DNA of 64,000 bases, from the NCBI GenBank assembly GCA_951406725.2, contig OX597817.1, positions 20,398,001 through 20,462,000 on the forward strand, in the 5' to 3' direction. This DNA comes from Octopus vulgaris (lineage: Eukaryota). Under the pieces are notes generated by a model, which saw only the letters and a program-made list of their open reading frames with translations, had not been told where the DNA came from and did no database searches. Position 1 is the first letter of the stretch. Every line of letters begins with the position of its first letter. Positions 28,332 through 43,697 of this stretch are shown here, piece by piece. Both the position numbers and the translations under genes were made by a program.

Positions 28332-28760
28332 AGAAGAAATGAGAAGAAATAATCAGAAGATCGGATGGTTCATATTTACAGATATTTAGATATTTATTTA
28401 TATATTACATTTTTTACATATATATATCATATCATTCAGACCATATCATTCAGGGGCCCCACCTGCAAAGTCATGCATTGTTTATCTTGATACGAGATCG
28501 CCATGTCACGCACCTTTGGTTGTGATGCATGTGACTAGTGTACCCTTATCAGATTGGTTGTCATGAAGGGTATACTGGGCTTCATATATTTTACCCAGTG
28601 TCACTTTGATGGCATGCTCTGCTCTCTCACTCAATAATAATAATAATAATGATATGATCTGAATGATATGATATATATATGTAAAAATGTAATATATAAA
28701 TAAATATCTGTAAATATGAACCATCCGATCTTCTGATTACCTCATTTCTTCTAATATATA
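28323..28760. repeat. ~115-bp inverted repeat enclosing an (AAT)n-associated element
   Basis: 28323-28450 is the reverse complement of 28648-28760 apart from small indels. Confidence 0.88.
28451..28632 (+). mobile_element. 5'-truncated copy of the (AAT)n-associated non-coding element
   Basis: Reverse complement of ~29460-29640; ends CTGCTCTCTCACTC(AAT)n. Confidence 0.85.
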
Positions 28761-28785
28761 ATACCTGTACATCATCTCCAAACCT

Positions 28786-28833
<48 letters not shown>

Positions 28834-29269
28834 CAAAGTGAGATAGGGGTTGTGAGTGTAACCCTCTATCGGATAACATATATCCAATATACTGCCAGTA
28901 AAGTACCCAGAAATGCTAATATATAAATGCTAAGAATTGCAATGCAATTAATTCATTTATTGTATTATATGGGCGAATGTAAAATGGTTTAACTCAAATT
29001 CATAATACAAAATAAGAAAATGGAGGAATATATTTTAATAAATCATCAACTAAGCGATAATACCAATTCACATAATTTTTAACGCAAATTAATTTTTTTA
29101 TATATCTTTTCTTAAACATTCTCTAGAATAAAACCAAATATATGGCACCCTAGGCACAATACCAACTTGAACTACGAACTTGTTTTCACTTAAGGTTTCT
29201 GGTTGAGCCTTGGAATCAACTCGTACAAATACAAAGCAGAAGACAAACATATAACAACAAAGCAAAAGC

Positions 29270-29304
<35 letters not shown>

Positions 29305-29333
29305 AAACAACAACAAAAACGATGACAATGATG

Positions 29334-29380
<47 letters not shown>

Positions 29381-29403
29381 TATTATTATTATTATTATTA
29401 TTA

Positions 29404-29459
<56 letters not shown>

Positions 29460-30018
29460 GAGTGAGAGAGCAGTTCATGCCATCAAAGTGACACTGGGGT
29501 AAAATATACGAAGCCCAATATACCCATCATGATTACCCTTCTGATGAGGGTACACCAGGCACATGCATCACAACAATATGTGCGCGACATGGTGATCTCA
29601 TATCAAGATAAACAGCACATGACCTTGCAGGTGGGGTCCAGTTAGAATTTTCTTCAGGTTGAGTAGCCCATGCCGCTCAAAAGGCCCCTGAATAAGGGTT
29701 GTTTAAGGATGTTGAAAGAACCACCAATGCTTCCAGAGGTGAATTATTCAAACCCCAAAGAATCCCTCTCAACACATGGCTATGATGCTCCCCCACTACT
29801 TCTGCTCGCGATCAGAGATGCACATATCGTCAGCCACTAAGGGACATGCTCAACTGGTTACGGTCAAACAACTGACAAGCAAATCTGTGGTATTGAGCAG
29901 AATATTTGCTGTAGCCCATCTTTTATACCAAGACAAAACAATGTATATGATAACACTTCCAATCAGTTAAGATCAGAAGCCATGAGAGCCAGCCACTGCC
30001 TGGTACTGCATCAGGGCA
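29460..30018 (-). mobile_element. ~560-bp non-coding interspersed element flanked by (AAT)n on both sides
   Basis: Partial copies at 11603-11620, 28451-28632 and 41207-41524; no long ORF and no recognisable tRNA head. Confidence 0.85.
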
Positions 30019-30034
30019 TTTATCATTATTATTA

Positions 30035-30111
<77 letters not shown>

Positions 30112-30679
30112 ATTAGAAACCGAAATGACGGCGCTGTATTCGAATAAGCATATTTTCAAAGCGGAAAGGTTTTTGTGGCTCTCTCAACATGATACACACC
30201 TTTCTAAAGAATTATAGAATTGACACATTTTATACATTGAAATACATTTATATTCCTAAGTGCAAGAATTAATAATATTTTCCCTTTGATCTTTAAGTAT
30301 ATTCCCATGATGGTATATTTAAATCATTTATGTCTATGCCAACGAGCAGAAAATAAATATAAGCGAATAATATGCTGAGATACGATTGAATTTATTGTTT
30401 GTCTTTTCTTAAGAATCAATTGAAGTGCATTTTCATATATATATATATATATATATATACGCATTTACGTATACATATATATGTATATATGTATATGTGC
30501 GTATGTGTAGGACTATATGTGTGTGTGTATGTAATATATGTCAATATATATATAATATATTATATATATATATACATATATACATAAGTTGTTATATGTT
30601 TTTGATATGTTTACTTCTATATATAAGTATATATCTATATGTATACCTATGTATGTATGTGTGTATGTATGTATGTATG

Positions 30680-30734
<55 letters not shown>

Positions 30735-30736
<2 letters not shown>

Positions 30737-30829
30737 ATATGTTACATTACTCGATAGTCAAGATAAAACTCTGAGTTACAGATGCCGAAGTGGGAATCCA
30801 CGACATCTCTTCGGTTATTTCTCTTCGGT

Positions 30830-30830
<1 letters not shown>
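30735..30830 (-). mobile_element. Decayed copy of the hammerhead-bearing element at 40158-40412
   Basis: GATAAAACTCTGAGTTACAGATG..GGAATCCAC..CATCTCTTCGGTTAT matches 40262-40321; embedded in (AT)n. Confidence 0.7.
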
Positions 30831-30862
<32 letters not shown>

Positions 30863-31259
30863 TCCAAAGAGTAAGAGATTGGAGCAGGAGAGCGAGAGAG
30901 AAGTACAATTTGAGGCATTTAAACGGACAGACATACGCAAACTCAGTTTCGAAAGACATGCGTTAATGGTAGCATAATTCTGACTTCTATTGAGAATTCA
31001 TGTCTTCAAATATACCAACGACTGAAGTGTCACATTAAAAACTGATATTTTCCATTATAGTTTACCTTTTCAATCCCACTCATATGAACTTTAAGACCGA
31101 CGTGTTAATTGAACAAATACGTGTATGTGTTTCTGTGATGGCGTTTTAAATACAATTTCAACTATATAAGAATATACACTTCCCAATTTAGGATAGGAAG
31201 AGAATTCTTGAACTCTTAGATAAAAGCATCAGCTTAAAGCAGGATAATCTATGTGTATG

Positions 31260-31800
<541 letters not shown>

Positions 31801-32052
31801 TATACGAACCAGTGTGATTTGGCTGGCATGCGGCAAAATGTATTGTTACAGAGTATAGACAGCAGACCGGAATTACGTGATACAGCTGATTCGACACCCA
31901 TTCCAGTGGTTATACTCTGCAAAATCTTAGATTCTTGCATCTGTAGATCGGCAGGAGAAAATATCTTAAAGAGAATACCGACATATTCGACGTTCAAATA
32001 TATACACAGACACTCATGCGCGCATACATACATATACATGCATTTATACATA

Positions 32053-32112
<60 letters not shown>

Positions 32113-32115
32113 CAT

Positions 32116-32147
<32 letters not shown>

Positions 32148-32893
32148 CCATAAATGCATGTATATGTATACAAACATGTACATGTTTGTGTATACATATG
32201 TATACATATACATTTAATACGTATGTACGCATGTACGCACAGGCCAACCAGTGAGATTTGGCTAGTAATGCAGAGAGAGTAAGCCCGTTAATGTGCATGG
32301 GCAACACCAAGGGTTATTTTTGTTGAAGATTTGCTGTTGTCCGTGCGTGGATGTTTCTCATTTTCCGCCTCATTAACTTTCATCTCCATTGTAAATACAT
32401 CGCTGATAAACCTCTCAAAAATGACCTCATATTTGTTTAGTGTAATACGGCAAAATATTCTGCAAGTCTACTCGATTATCTTGTTTAGATTGAAGATATC
32501 TATCACGTATGATGTATGAAGTTTTCGATTGCTTTTGTGTATTTCATGTCTTCCAATATCTGAGTTTCCTGCCCTCTATATTTCTACCTGAAGTTAATCA
32601 ATTTGCAGCTTGCAATCTTGAAGTAACAAACTCCTAGTCTCTCTCTCTTTTGCACCATGCTGTTTAGTCGCTTCTTCTGATGGTTCGGCGACGGCATGTA
32701 ACTCACACGCCCGTTCTTGCACTGATAAATCACAGCCCAGTCATTGTTTGACATAGTGAATGCCGCACAAATAATAGAAGCCTAGTTTACCTAGATCTTG
32801 CAGAATTTCGGCAGTGTAATAACCATCGGCTAAGAGTTCAGGAAAATAGTTTTAGTTCTCTAGCAAGCATATTGTGCAAGACTATTTATATTC

Positions 32894-33158
32894 TGTACAT
32901 TAATTACATTTGACATATACTTGTCCTCATCTTGTTTGTTGTTAACACAACGTTTCGGCTGATATACCCTCCAGCCTTCACCAGGTGTCTTGGGAAAATT
33001 CCGAACTTGGGTTCTCATTCCTAAGATATTTTTCGATGCTGTTGTTGTTGTTACTATTATTATTATTATTATTATCGTTGTTGTTGTTGTTGTTATTCAG
33101 GTCACTGCCTGGAATCGAACTCGGAATCTTGGGGTTAGTAGCCCGCACCTTTAACTAC
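32894..33158 (-). mobile_element. tRNA-headed element with internal (AAT/AAC)n and hammerhead tail, left copy
   Basis: Minus: GTAGTTAAAGGTGCGGGCTACTAACCCC..GAGTTCGATTCC, microsatellite, then hammerhead motif; inverted copy immediately downstream. Confidence 0.85.
32945..32988 (-). ncRNA. Type I hammerhead ribozyme motif (one core mutation)
   Basis: ACAC-CTGGTGA-AGGCTG(GAGGGTATAT)CAGCC-GAAA-CGTT-GTGT. Confidence 0.7.
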
Positions 33159-33161
33159 ATA

Positions 33162-33595
<434 letters not shown>

Positions 33596-35149
33596 CATTG
33601 CGCAAGACATTGGACGAGGCCATATGTTACGTCCTCTCCGCTCTTCTATTTTCCTTTTCGTTTTACTTTTAACGTCATTCTTATGAATATTACAAATATC
33701 TACATATGATTATCAAATTTAAGTATACAGTTATATAAAGCGATGCTTTAATATGCTATTTGTTTCATGTAAAAACAAAAACGTACAAAATTATACAATT
33801 CAATTTGGTGAACATTTTCATTGAAATGTCACAATGTAAACGTTTGATAATTTCTAATATTCTTAAAGTGTATCAGGAACTTAATAGGTTTATCTTTGTG
33901 CGATACCATTTATGTGTTAGAATTCATATCGATAAGGACATCAATTAGGTGTTTCATCCATATTCACATTTATATATCACAATGTATTGAGCTGTGCTTG
34001 TACAGAAAATTATAAATTATGATATTAATTCTGTTTATCACATATTGTATTTGAGATGTATGGAATTTTAGCCACTCTTTGTTTAGCCACGTGGCTAAAA
34101 TTCCAATTTTAGGATGATGCTGTGTTTGCGATTCTCTGGGTAACTTTGAGATTAGTTACATATATCTAGTTTCCAACGCGTAATTTATGCAAACCCTTGA
34201 CCTCTTGGTATTTTGATATTTAATACACCAGTTAATTCTCCAGAGACAATGAATATCAATACCAAAGATAACATTTCAGATGCAGATCCTTTCATGAAGA
34301 TGAGCAACATCTAGGGAAGATGGTTTTCTTTACCGATGACAATTGATATGCACATACATTGTAACAACTTTCCGCTTGGGATATGTCGATTATCACCTAT
34401 TACTTTGCAGAATGGAATAAGAAAATTATACGCTCATTTATTTCAACTATGAATGGGATCATATGATTTCTATAGATAAAATGTTAGACATTTAATGCAG
34501 ATAGTAGAAATATGCAAAGATCTCTAGGAAAATAAAGATGAAAAGGTATGTTAATGTTGTATTCGTGATAACTATCTGAAATTAACTAGAAATTTGAACG
34601 CAATATCAGTTAAATTTATCCAGAGGTCGATTCCATTCAGTGGATATTAAGGTTGATATTAGGAATTGCAATCAGAATCGAAAAGGCATACATATGCAAT
34701 GGTATATCTCACATAACAAAAGTGTATACCATAGTATATGCTACAGACTGGGTAATCTAAATCGGTCAGATATAAATGGCAAAGGCCATTGGCAAATATT
34801 CTTTCGCGGCAGTTTTTCAATCCAAGCAGGCGAAAATATATCACTAAAAGAAACGTAATAGCTATCCAAAATAGAGAGCGAAAAAGGAACCAAACTCGAA
34901 ACAGTGAGATTGATGAAAAGTTTGATGGAGATTAACGTATAAACCAAGCCGTAAGAATTAGTCATATATGAACACATTCAGAAGGCAAAGTTTTGTCACT
35001 GTCTTCCCAACATATAATGTCCCAGATGGTACAAAATGTAGTAAATTAATTATTACTGCAGCAAGACAACTCTTATAAGAAATTGAATAGGATTTTGAAT
35101 TACTGAATATAAGCTGCTACAAAATGGATGTAAAGATGGAAGAAATGTG

Positions 35150-36290
35150 TTAGGTAGGAAACTAAGTTCCCACCGTTGTTATTTAATTTACATTTTTAAA
35201 AATGTTTAATAAAAAATAACAAATAATTAATCAAAAATGTATTCGCCCTTGTTGTTTACAACTTATTCCCAACGTTCAACCAGATTTTCAATCCATCGTT
35301 GGTAGAAATCACTTGATTTCGAATCGTAAAATTTATCCAACCATGCTCTTAATTCTGCATCAGTATTGAACGAATTTCCGCGCACAGCATTCATTTCAAA
35401 TAGATCGAAAGAGGTGGAAACAGTTGGTGCCAAATCAGGAGAGTACGGCATGTTTGACAGCACTTCCTAGCCATGCGTTTGTATGACTTCCTTGATCATA
35501 TTTGGCGATAAGAGGGAGAGCGCTGTCGTGCAGCAGAAGAACTCTATGATGCCGATTAGGTCTCTTCTCTTTAAAAGCCGTGTTGAGTCGTTCCGCCTGT
35601 GGAACATAGAGTTCCGCGTGACCGTTTGGTTCCGTTCAAGCAATTCGTAATGGATAATCCCTTCCCAGTCCCACCATACGTACAACGTCGTTTTACGCTG
35701 ATGAAGATCTTGTTTCACGCACGGTGTCGCTTGTTTACCGGGACTAAGCCATTCCTTACGCTTATTCATATTGATGCAAATGCACCATTTTTCGTCACCA
35801 GTAACGATTCGGTAAGGAAATCGTTGCTTGTGTCCGTGAGTTGAGCGGTGACGAGCAAGCACACCAGCGGAGATTGTGGCTCGTTAGTTTTTGTTGTTGT
35901 CTCTTAAAGCATGCAGAACCCATGCTCCATACTTCTGAACCTTTCCAATCCAATATAGCAGTGTGGGAACATTCCATTTTGTGTGCCACTTCTTCTGTCG
36001 TTTAACGAGAATTTTCGTGCAAAATTGTTTTAATCGCTTTTCATCGAACTGAACTAGACGTCTTTAAAGTCAAAATTTCCATTTTGAACTTGGCATACCA
36101 AACATGCCAAGTTCTTTCAGCTATGGCACCCTCTCCATACACAGAGCAAATGTCGGGAGCAGCTTTTGCGACCTTAGAACCTTGATTAAAAGCAAGAAGG
36201 AAGTGTCAAAAGTACTTGATTTTCTTAACTTGAATTTCTATTGTAACGATCTGAAAATAAACAAAAAATAACTAAAATTAACTACAAAAA
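35150..36290 (-). mobile_element. Mariner transposon with frameshifted transposase
   Basis: CSVYGEGAIAERT (HTH region), RIVTGDEKW, VWWDWEGIIHYELL, LLHDSA, PYSPDLAP, IENLVERWE; TIR-like TTAGGTAGGAAACTAAGTTCCC at 35150; the other TIR was not found. Confidence 0.92.
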
Positions 36291-36327
36291 AAAAAACAAA
36301 AAATGTCCCGCCATTGTGTCGAAGAAA

Positions 36328-36361
36328 TTCTTCTTCTTCTTCTTCTTCTTCTTCTTCTTCT

Positions 36362-36392
<31 letters not shown>

Positions 36393-36460
36393 TTTCTACT
36401 TCTTCTTCTTCTCCTCCTCCTCCTCCTCCTCCTAATTATTTTTCTTCTTTTCCTCCTTCT
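36328..36460. repeat. (TTC)n/(CCT)n microsatellite
   Basis: Directly visible. Confidence 0.93.
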
Positions 36461-38878
36461 TCCCAAATATTAGTAGCTTCCTTATGGATATAATAGAAAT
36501 TTCCCATATAAAGAAATAATTTTTTGCCACTAATTAGTAAGGACAACACTGGTAGAACTTAGGAGATGAATTATTATTGTTCGACTGACTTAAAGCTGCT
36601 AAATTAATTCACATAAAAGTGTGTATTTAAACAGCTGAAACCTTACGTAAATGCAAGCAATCATCTGATAGGGATTGCAATGCAAACACTAATGAAATAA
36701 TGAACTATAGGTTCATCGAGAATGCATTGAAAACAGTACACTTACATAGAATAAAATAGGAGATAGTATACGCTCTTACGTAAGAAACGATGTCATATGT
36801 TCATATACACGAGTGTTTAAAACTGTTTGACAGCAACGATGCAAAAATATATTGCATCGACCATAGGATCTTCTGAGGATGGACTTATAAAATTGTGAAA
36901 TCACCATGAATTAAATTACGAGTTAATGATGCATATATCAAATAGATATTTATATTTTCGTTTGTTAATGGGCTGAAAAATGTATCTCTCAGATATATTT
37001 CGGATCGCGACGCTAATCCCATTTCAAAAATGGTATGGTCCTAATGCGTCATGGAGGCTAATGGACCATCATAAATTGTCCTAGGTTGAGTAGCATTTCT
37101 AGTCTCTTAAGAGATATAGTCGAAACATTTCTTGCAATATGCGCTCGCAATATCCCAGTAAAGATATAGGCTTAATATTTAAATTCCCTTTACAGACTCT
37201 AATTTCAAAGTAAGTAAATATGGAGTCTAGTAGCCGTCATTTGCATTAATTTTCATTGTAGATGTTTCGTTGTATCCTCATTCGTAAATATATTTCATGT
37301 ACAAAAAATGTAAATATTTTTTCTCCAACGTAAATAATGTTTTTCCATTTCAAAATATCTGTTTTGAAGAACAGGGCTATTTCAGTTATCATAGCATGTG
37401 ATAGTTTTATTTTTTTCAAGTACCCATATCTCATAGCACGAGAGATATTATTTTCATCAATAACTAACTTAAAATGTCGTTATCAGTATTATCATACCAT
37501 CATCACAGAACCAAAGAAAGAGCCTGTAAATAGATGAGTGTGTTTCTAGAAATAAAAGCAAAATATCCCCTGTCATTAAAGAAAGACCATCACATTCTCT
37601 GATGAAGTCTACTGATACCGTTCAGAAGAAGGTATGTTCACAACGAGAACAGTCATATAGGCCAAATATTTTAGGCTATGCTTTTAATTACATGAATACT
37701 GGGATTCGACTTAAAACCAAGTTGATGCATGTTACGGAACTAATTTGTTTATCATGCCGTATACTGAATGTCGATAATACTCAAGCTACGATCATTCATC
37801 TTCAAATTCATATTATATTATATTTGAATTATATATTATGTTGAGATTTCAGTGAAATTTTGTGGAGGCTTCTGCTCATTTTCTGGTTTTTTTTTATCTT
37901 CAATGGTCCTTTTATATTTGTTTGACTGCTTCTCTATGACTCATATCAAGACACATTTCGTCACGTTGTGTCAAGAGATATGGTCATGCATAATGTATGC
38001 ATATTTTACGATACATTATTTATAGAATTCTACCTTTCTCATTTGTATTCTGTAAATCTAATAATTTATCACATTTCTTTGTATTTTTTAAATCTGATAA
38101 TTTATCACATGTTTTCCCTCTATTGTTCATTCTCTAATATACACAAGTGTGTGGCTGTGAATGTGTATCTCTATATTTATACAACTGCGTATATTGGTAT
38201 ATACATAGAAACGTATACTTGTACAAACATATATTTACATACACACATATATGTGAATGTGTGCGTGAGTGCGTGTGCTTGTATATATATATATATATAT
38301 ATGTCTATCAATCTAAGGCACTAGCATATATGTATATATATATAGTAATATGGGTTTATAAGTTTTCAATGTAGATTTGTACATTCATTCTAGAATGTAG
38401 ACTTGTATATTAGTTGCCAAAAGAGATTTCTAACGTTGATTCTTCATACTTTGCTGGGAGTTTACAGGCGTAAATTTGCGAAGATATGAAGGTAGTAGTT
38501 GTACATAATGCATGATGCATTTATGGAATGAATTTCCATAAATCAGACCAATTTCGTTAAAAATGGAGGGAACAAGTTGTCTGAATTTATAAGAAGTTTA
38601 ATTCTTGCAGACGATCGATTCGTAGAAAAATATAATAATATAAATACATAGTTGAATTAAATTAATTAAATATCACCGTACTCTTCAGTGCAGGAAGGAA
38701 AGAAGCCATAATACAAGGAACTTAAAAAAGAATAGAGCAGAAAAAATTGGATCTAGGAGAGTCATATTGGTAGCCGTGTGAGAAAGAGATGGGAGTTACG
38801 TCGGATATTGAACCGTAACTCTATATTTGTAATATTCTGGGATTTAATCTTTTAGAAAATGTCAGTATATACAATATC

Positions 38879-39018
<140 letters not shown>

Positions 39019-39096
39019 TACATATATATACATATATATATATATATACATATAGATAGATAGATAGAGAGATAGATGTAGAAATAGATAGACATG

Positions 39097-39139
<43 letters not shown>

Positions 39140-39222
39140 TCATGCGCCTGTATGTACATTATACTTCAATTTTAGGTAAGATGAAGAAAAAATTACTCTA
39201 CCTAGTGAGCGTTAAATATCTT

Positions 39223-39454
39223 ATTTCTTTATTGCCAACAAGGGACTCAACATAGAGGGGACAAACAAGGACAGGCAAACGGATTAATCTATTACATCGA
39301 CATCAGTGCGTAACTGGTACTTAATTCAGCGACCCCGAAAGGATGAAAGGTAAAGTCGACTTCGGCGGAATTTGAACTCAGAACGTAACGGCAGACAAAA
39401 TATCGCTGAGCATTTCGCCTGGCGTGCTAATATTTCTTCCACCTCGCCGCCTTC
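39223..39454 (-). mobile_element. Family A SINE with 9-bp TSD
   Basis: Colinear with 3081-3311; TSD AAATATCTT at 39214-39222 and 39455-39463. Confidence 0.9.
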
Positions 39455-40157
39455 AAATATCTTTTAATATACACAATTAAAAAAGAGCTCCTAATTGTTT
39501 TATGCTGTAAGATATAATGAAATGGCACATTTATATAAATTCTTGTATCTCCAAGTGAACCTAGGTTATGGGAATACACGAGGAAAACAATAAGAGAAAT
39601 GTTGGAGAAAAATTCGGAGAAGGCTAATGCAATATTTGTAGCTAGAAGAAAAAAGATAAAATATAAAGAAAACCAAGTTCTTTCTCTTCTTTGAAACCAT
39701 AATTAATACTCAAATTAGGGCGGGTGCTGTCTTTAAGTTCAAGAAATGAAACGCGTCTTTGTGCTATTATCTTCTAAAAATTGCAGATCTCGAATTACGT
39801 ATTGTGTTGGAATTTTTGGATGTAAAATGAATGTGAAGTCTTTCAACTTCTCATACTTTTTATCTGTCTCATCCATTTATTTAGATTCCTCCAAGATGTG
39901 TTAATTTGGTCATCAGGTCCGGTAAATTTCGTACAGGTGCTCTCCCAATATGAAGAAAATTATCATTCATAAAGCAGAACAAGTTTCCAATGCTGGTTGT
40001 AACGGTCGAGGCACTGAAGCTAGGCGTGTTGGAAAACACAGTTGCTTATGAGGCAGAAGATACAGTAGTTCTTCAAGACACCATAATGAACAAGAACAAT
40101 TACATAAGAAGAGAGATAAAGAGAACGAAAGATATATATATATATATATATATATAT

Positions 40158-40527
<370 letters not shown>

Positions 40528-41168
40528 ATGATAGAAATATTGGGCACATCTGATTATTAAACATCTACTGAAATAACTAATCAGGAGAAAAGAAAAACGC
40601 TTTAAGAATACTGACAAAGCTATTGTCAGGAATACTGACCTTTTCCATAAGATTAAATCCCTGAATATTACAAATACAAAATATGCAATCAATCACGCCC
40701 GCATTAATTTTCTAATCTGTCTTCTTGCGTTTTGGTGCTAATTTTGTATTGTTATTGATTTAATGTTTTAACTCTAGTTTAAATGCATTATATATTTTGT
40801 ATCAATCATATTGATTTATACGAGTAACTTTTTTTTTGTTTTAAGGAACGAGATTTTCTTTGCATGTAAGCATGTGTGTTGTAGCACGCATGAACCTACG
40901 CCGAAGCTTGTATGCAAATTTTCCAAGGGCATCGGTAATGTATAAATCACGTATTCGTTGTTGTAGATTCTTTTGTAAATGAATATTTCTGCATATTCAC
41001 AAAGGTTATCTAGGCAATGCATTAAGTACACATATCCCCCCACACACACGCAGACGTACACACACACACACACACGTACAAACATACACACACATGACTA
41101 TTAATATCCATGCACTTTTGTATGCCTATGTATGTATGTGCGTATACATCCATCCAGCTCTGAATGGA

Positions 41169-41200
<32 letters not shown>

Positions 41201-41206
41201 TCATCT

Positions 41207-41524
41207 GTACCAGGCAGTGGCTCTCTTGGCTTCTGATCTTAACTGATTGAATGTGTTATCATGTACATTATTTTGTCTTGGTATAAAAGATGGGCTACTA
41301 CAAATATATTGCTCAATACCAAGTATTTGCTTTTCAGTGGTTTGACCTTCAGTTGAGCATATCCCTTTGTGGCTGCCGGTATGTGCATCTCTGATCACGA
41401 GCAGAAGTACTGGAGGAGCACCATAGCCTTGTGTTTAAACAATCATTTAAACAATTATTATTCAGGGATCTGTTCAGAAGGATGGGCTAAATGACCTTAA
41501 TAAAATTCTAACTGGGCCCCACCT
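41207..41524 (+). mobile_element. 5' part of the (AAT)n-associated non-coding element
   Basis: GTACCAGGCAGTGGCTCTC..CTAACTGGGCCCCACCT is the reverse complement of ~29629-30006 with an internal deletion. Confidence 0.82.
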
Positions 41525-41532
41525 AAAAGGGA

Positions 41533-41715
41533 GAAGAAGAAGAAGAAGAAGAAGAAGAAGAAGAAGAAGAAGAAGAAGAAGAAGAAGAAGAAGAAGAAGA
41601 AGAAGAAAGAGAAGAAGAAGAAGAAGAAGAAGAAGAAGAAGAAGAAGAAGAAGAAGAAGAAGAAGAAGAAGAAGAAGAAGAAGAAGAAGAAGAAGAAGAA
41701 GAAGAAGAAGAAGAA
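41533..41715. repeat. (GAA)n microsatellite
   Basis: Directly visible. Confidence 0.97.
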
Positions 41716-43618
41716 AAAATTTCACTAAATGATTCCATCGGTAACTCAATACTATCATTTCATTTGATTTACTGTTTTACGATTACAAATAGAAAATCTT
41801 CAGATGTTATTCTTCATTTAAATAAATCCATATTTTTCTCAACTGAAAAAAAAAAAGCCCCACAAAATGATATATATATATATATACATACAACGAATTC
41901 GCAGTTACATGTGCATGGTATTTTTCTGAATTGGGATTAGCTTCTTTCCTAATATGGTGGTATATCTTGCATTAGATTGGAATCCACATGGTATGTTGTT
42001 TTCATATGAAAGAAATTAAAAAGAAAACAATATACAATTTGTGACTGGAACAATGATCAAATTTTTGAAAAACTTATAAAATTTACAACAATTATTTCTA
42101 TATCTACTTGTAATACGTTTAGGAGGTTTCAGTCGCAAGATATTCTTGTCCCTGTAGTGTGCGTCAAAGGAGATAAACTCTCTCTTTTAGCGATAGTGTG
42201 TTAAATACATTTTAGCCATTGGTGAAGATGATTTGCATCTTAAATTGAAAAAAGCATTAAGAATAAATATGTATTTAATAAGATAACCTAGCACACGGGC
42301 CAAATCACAACCTTATATCGCCTGGCAGATAAAGGCACTAATGTGCAAAAATTTTGTTCACTGAAACTATATAACTAAGAGAAGCTTCATGTATAAGCTC
42401 AGAACACGGCTACGTCTATCTGATAAGACAGAAAGTTTCGAAACACGGTTTCCTGGTATTTACTGCGCCATTATGCCGAGTGCGTTGACACATTATAGTC
42501 TTAAAGCGACCGTGACATCTGATATTGCCTAGATGTATTGAGAATAAATATTAATATAATCTTGCCAGACTTCACTGTGCCCGTTGCAAATAACGATTTC
42601 ATAAGAAAAAACTATATTTAGCGAGAAATAATTATGTTAGAACGCTGAACAATTGCAGTGTTACTGAAATATATATGGCTCACAGCGAATTAATTTAATT
42701 CATTTCCCAAACTTCGACAACACGTAGTGTATGAATTCCAAATATTATATTTGACTAAGTATTGTGGATATATCTAGCAAGGAATATTCGTTTCCTCACC
42801 TCAATAAGCGGCAACTGAAATATCTCTCGAGTATGCAATTTCGAATAAAAATAAAACCGCAAGTAATGAATTCTATGCTAAATATTTGCAAATAAAATGT
42901 GAATTATCGCTACTATTATTTTACAAGCAAGTGCCTGTTTACAAAGAAAGAAACTGATTGATATATGCGGCAAAATGTATTCTGTTTTAGATAATAAACA
43001 CGTGTGCGTGCACACACATACACACACACATTACATATAACAATGTGTTATACATGCTTTATTTAATAATGCTCACGTTAAAAAAAACTAACGTAATTCA
43101 TTTAGTATTTCACCTCACCATGGATCTACTTTTTGATGATGATGGTTACACTAGTAACTAATATGTAGATCTATGATAACTGAATTAAAAAGTCTAATAT
43201 ATTTAAAAGTTAAGAATAACGTACTTGTTGAAGCACAATTCCGGAAGAATATACGTATTGCAGATTATATTTACAGAATGTTAATCATTTGGGAAGAATG
43301 AAAATACTGTACCGATGTACATCAAAGATTCCAAGATCTAACGACGTAATCCTCGCAGCTACTGTTCAAGTTGATCAACGACAGCTTGAATAGCGTGTGT
43401 AAACTGAACGTAAAAAGACACATCCTTCAGTTTGTTTTGCAAAACTGTAGAGTAAAGCGTATTTGTGCCTAGCATTTCTTTATCTTTTGTTTTAACCGTT
43501 CAATATTCGGTATTTATAAATATTATGGCTGTTATTTCAGCACATGTTTTGATAAGGCATTTTGCTGCAGATCCGGTTAGGTAATATCATGTATCTATCT
43601 ATCTATCTATCTATCTAC

Positions 43619-43696
<78 letters not shown>

Positions 43697-43697
<1 letters not shown>

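Larger units (their letters stand above)
27750..29250 (+). mobile_element. R4/Dong-type 3' region interrupted by inserts at ~28285-29095
   Basis: AEQDQWLPIRN..EETMNNIVSG..EYIHMHDRVGTFIHWKL..TVPVILGAL; 3' UTR at ~29130-29250 homologous to 14280-14398; followed by (AAC)/(AAT)n. Confidence 0.75.

Noticed and set aside
29541-29580. CTGATGA hammerhead half-core
   Set aside because: No downstream stem II-GAAA, and the sibling copy near 28548 reads CTGATAA.
29960-30018. Faint resemblance to U2 snRNA segments
   Set aside because: Only two short imperfect matches with wrong spacing; no branch-point recognition region or Sm site.
32280-32880. Possible decayed DNA transposase
   Set aside because: No catalytic motif or TIR could be identified.
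34470-34550. Exon-like AG..GTATGT segment (similar one at ~37550-37636)
   Set aside because: Stop codons in the frames read and no recognisable homology.
42420-42455. Hammerhead-like CTGATAAGAC..CGAAACACGGTT
   Set aside because: Core mismatch and no complementary stem I; at best a relic.
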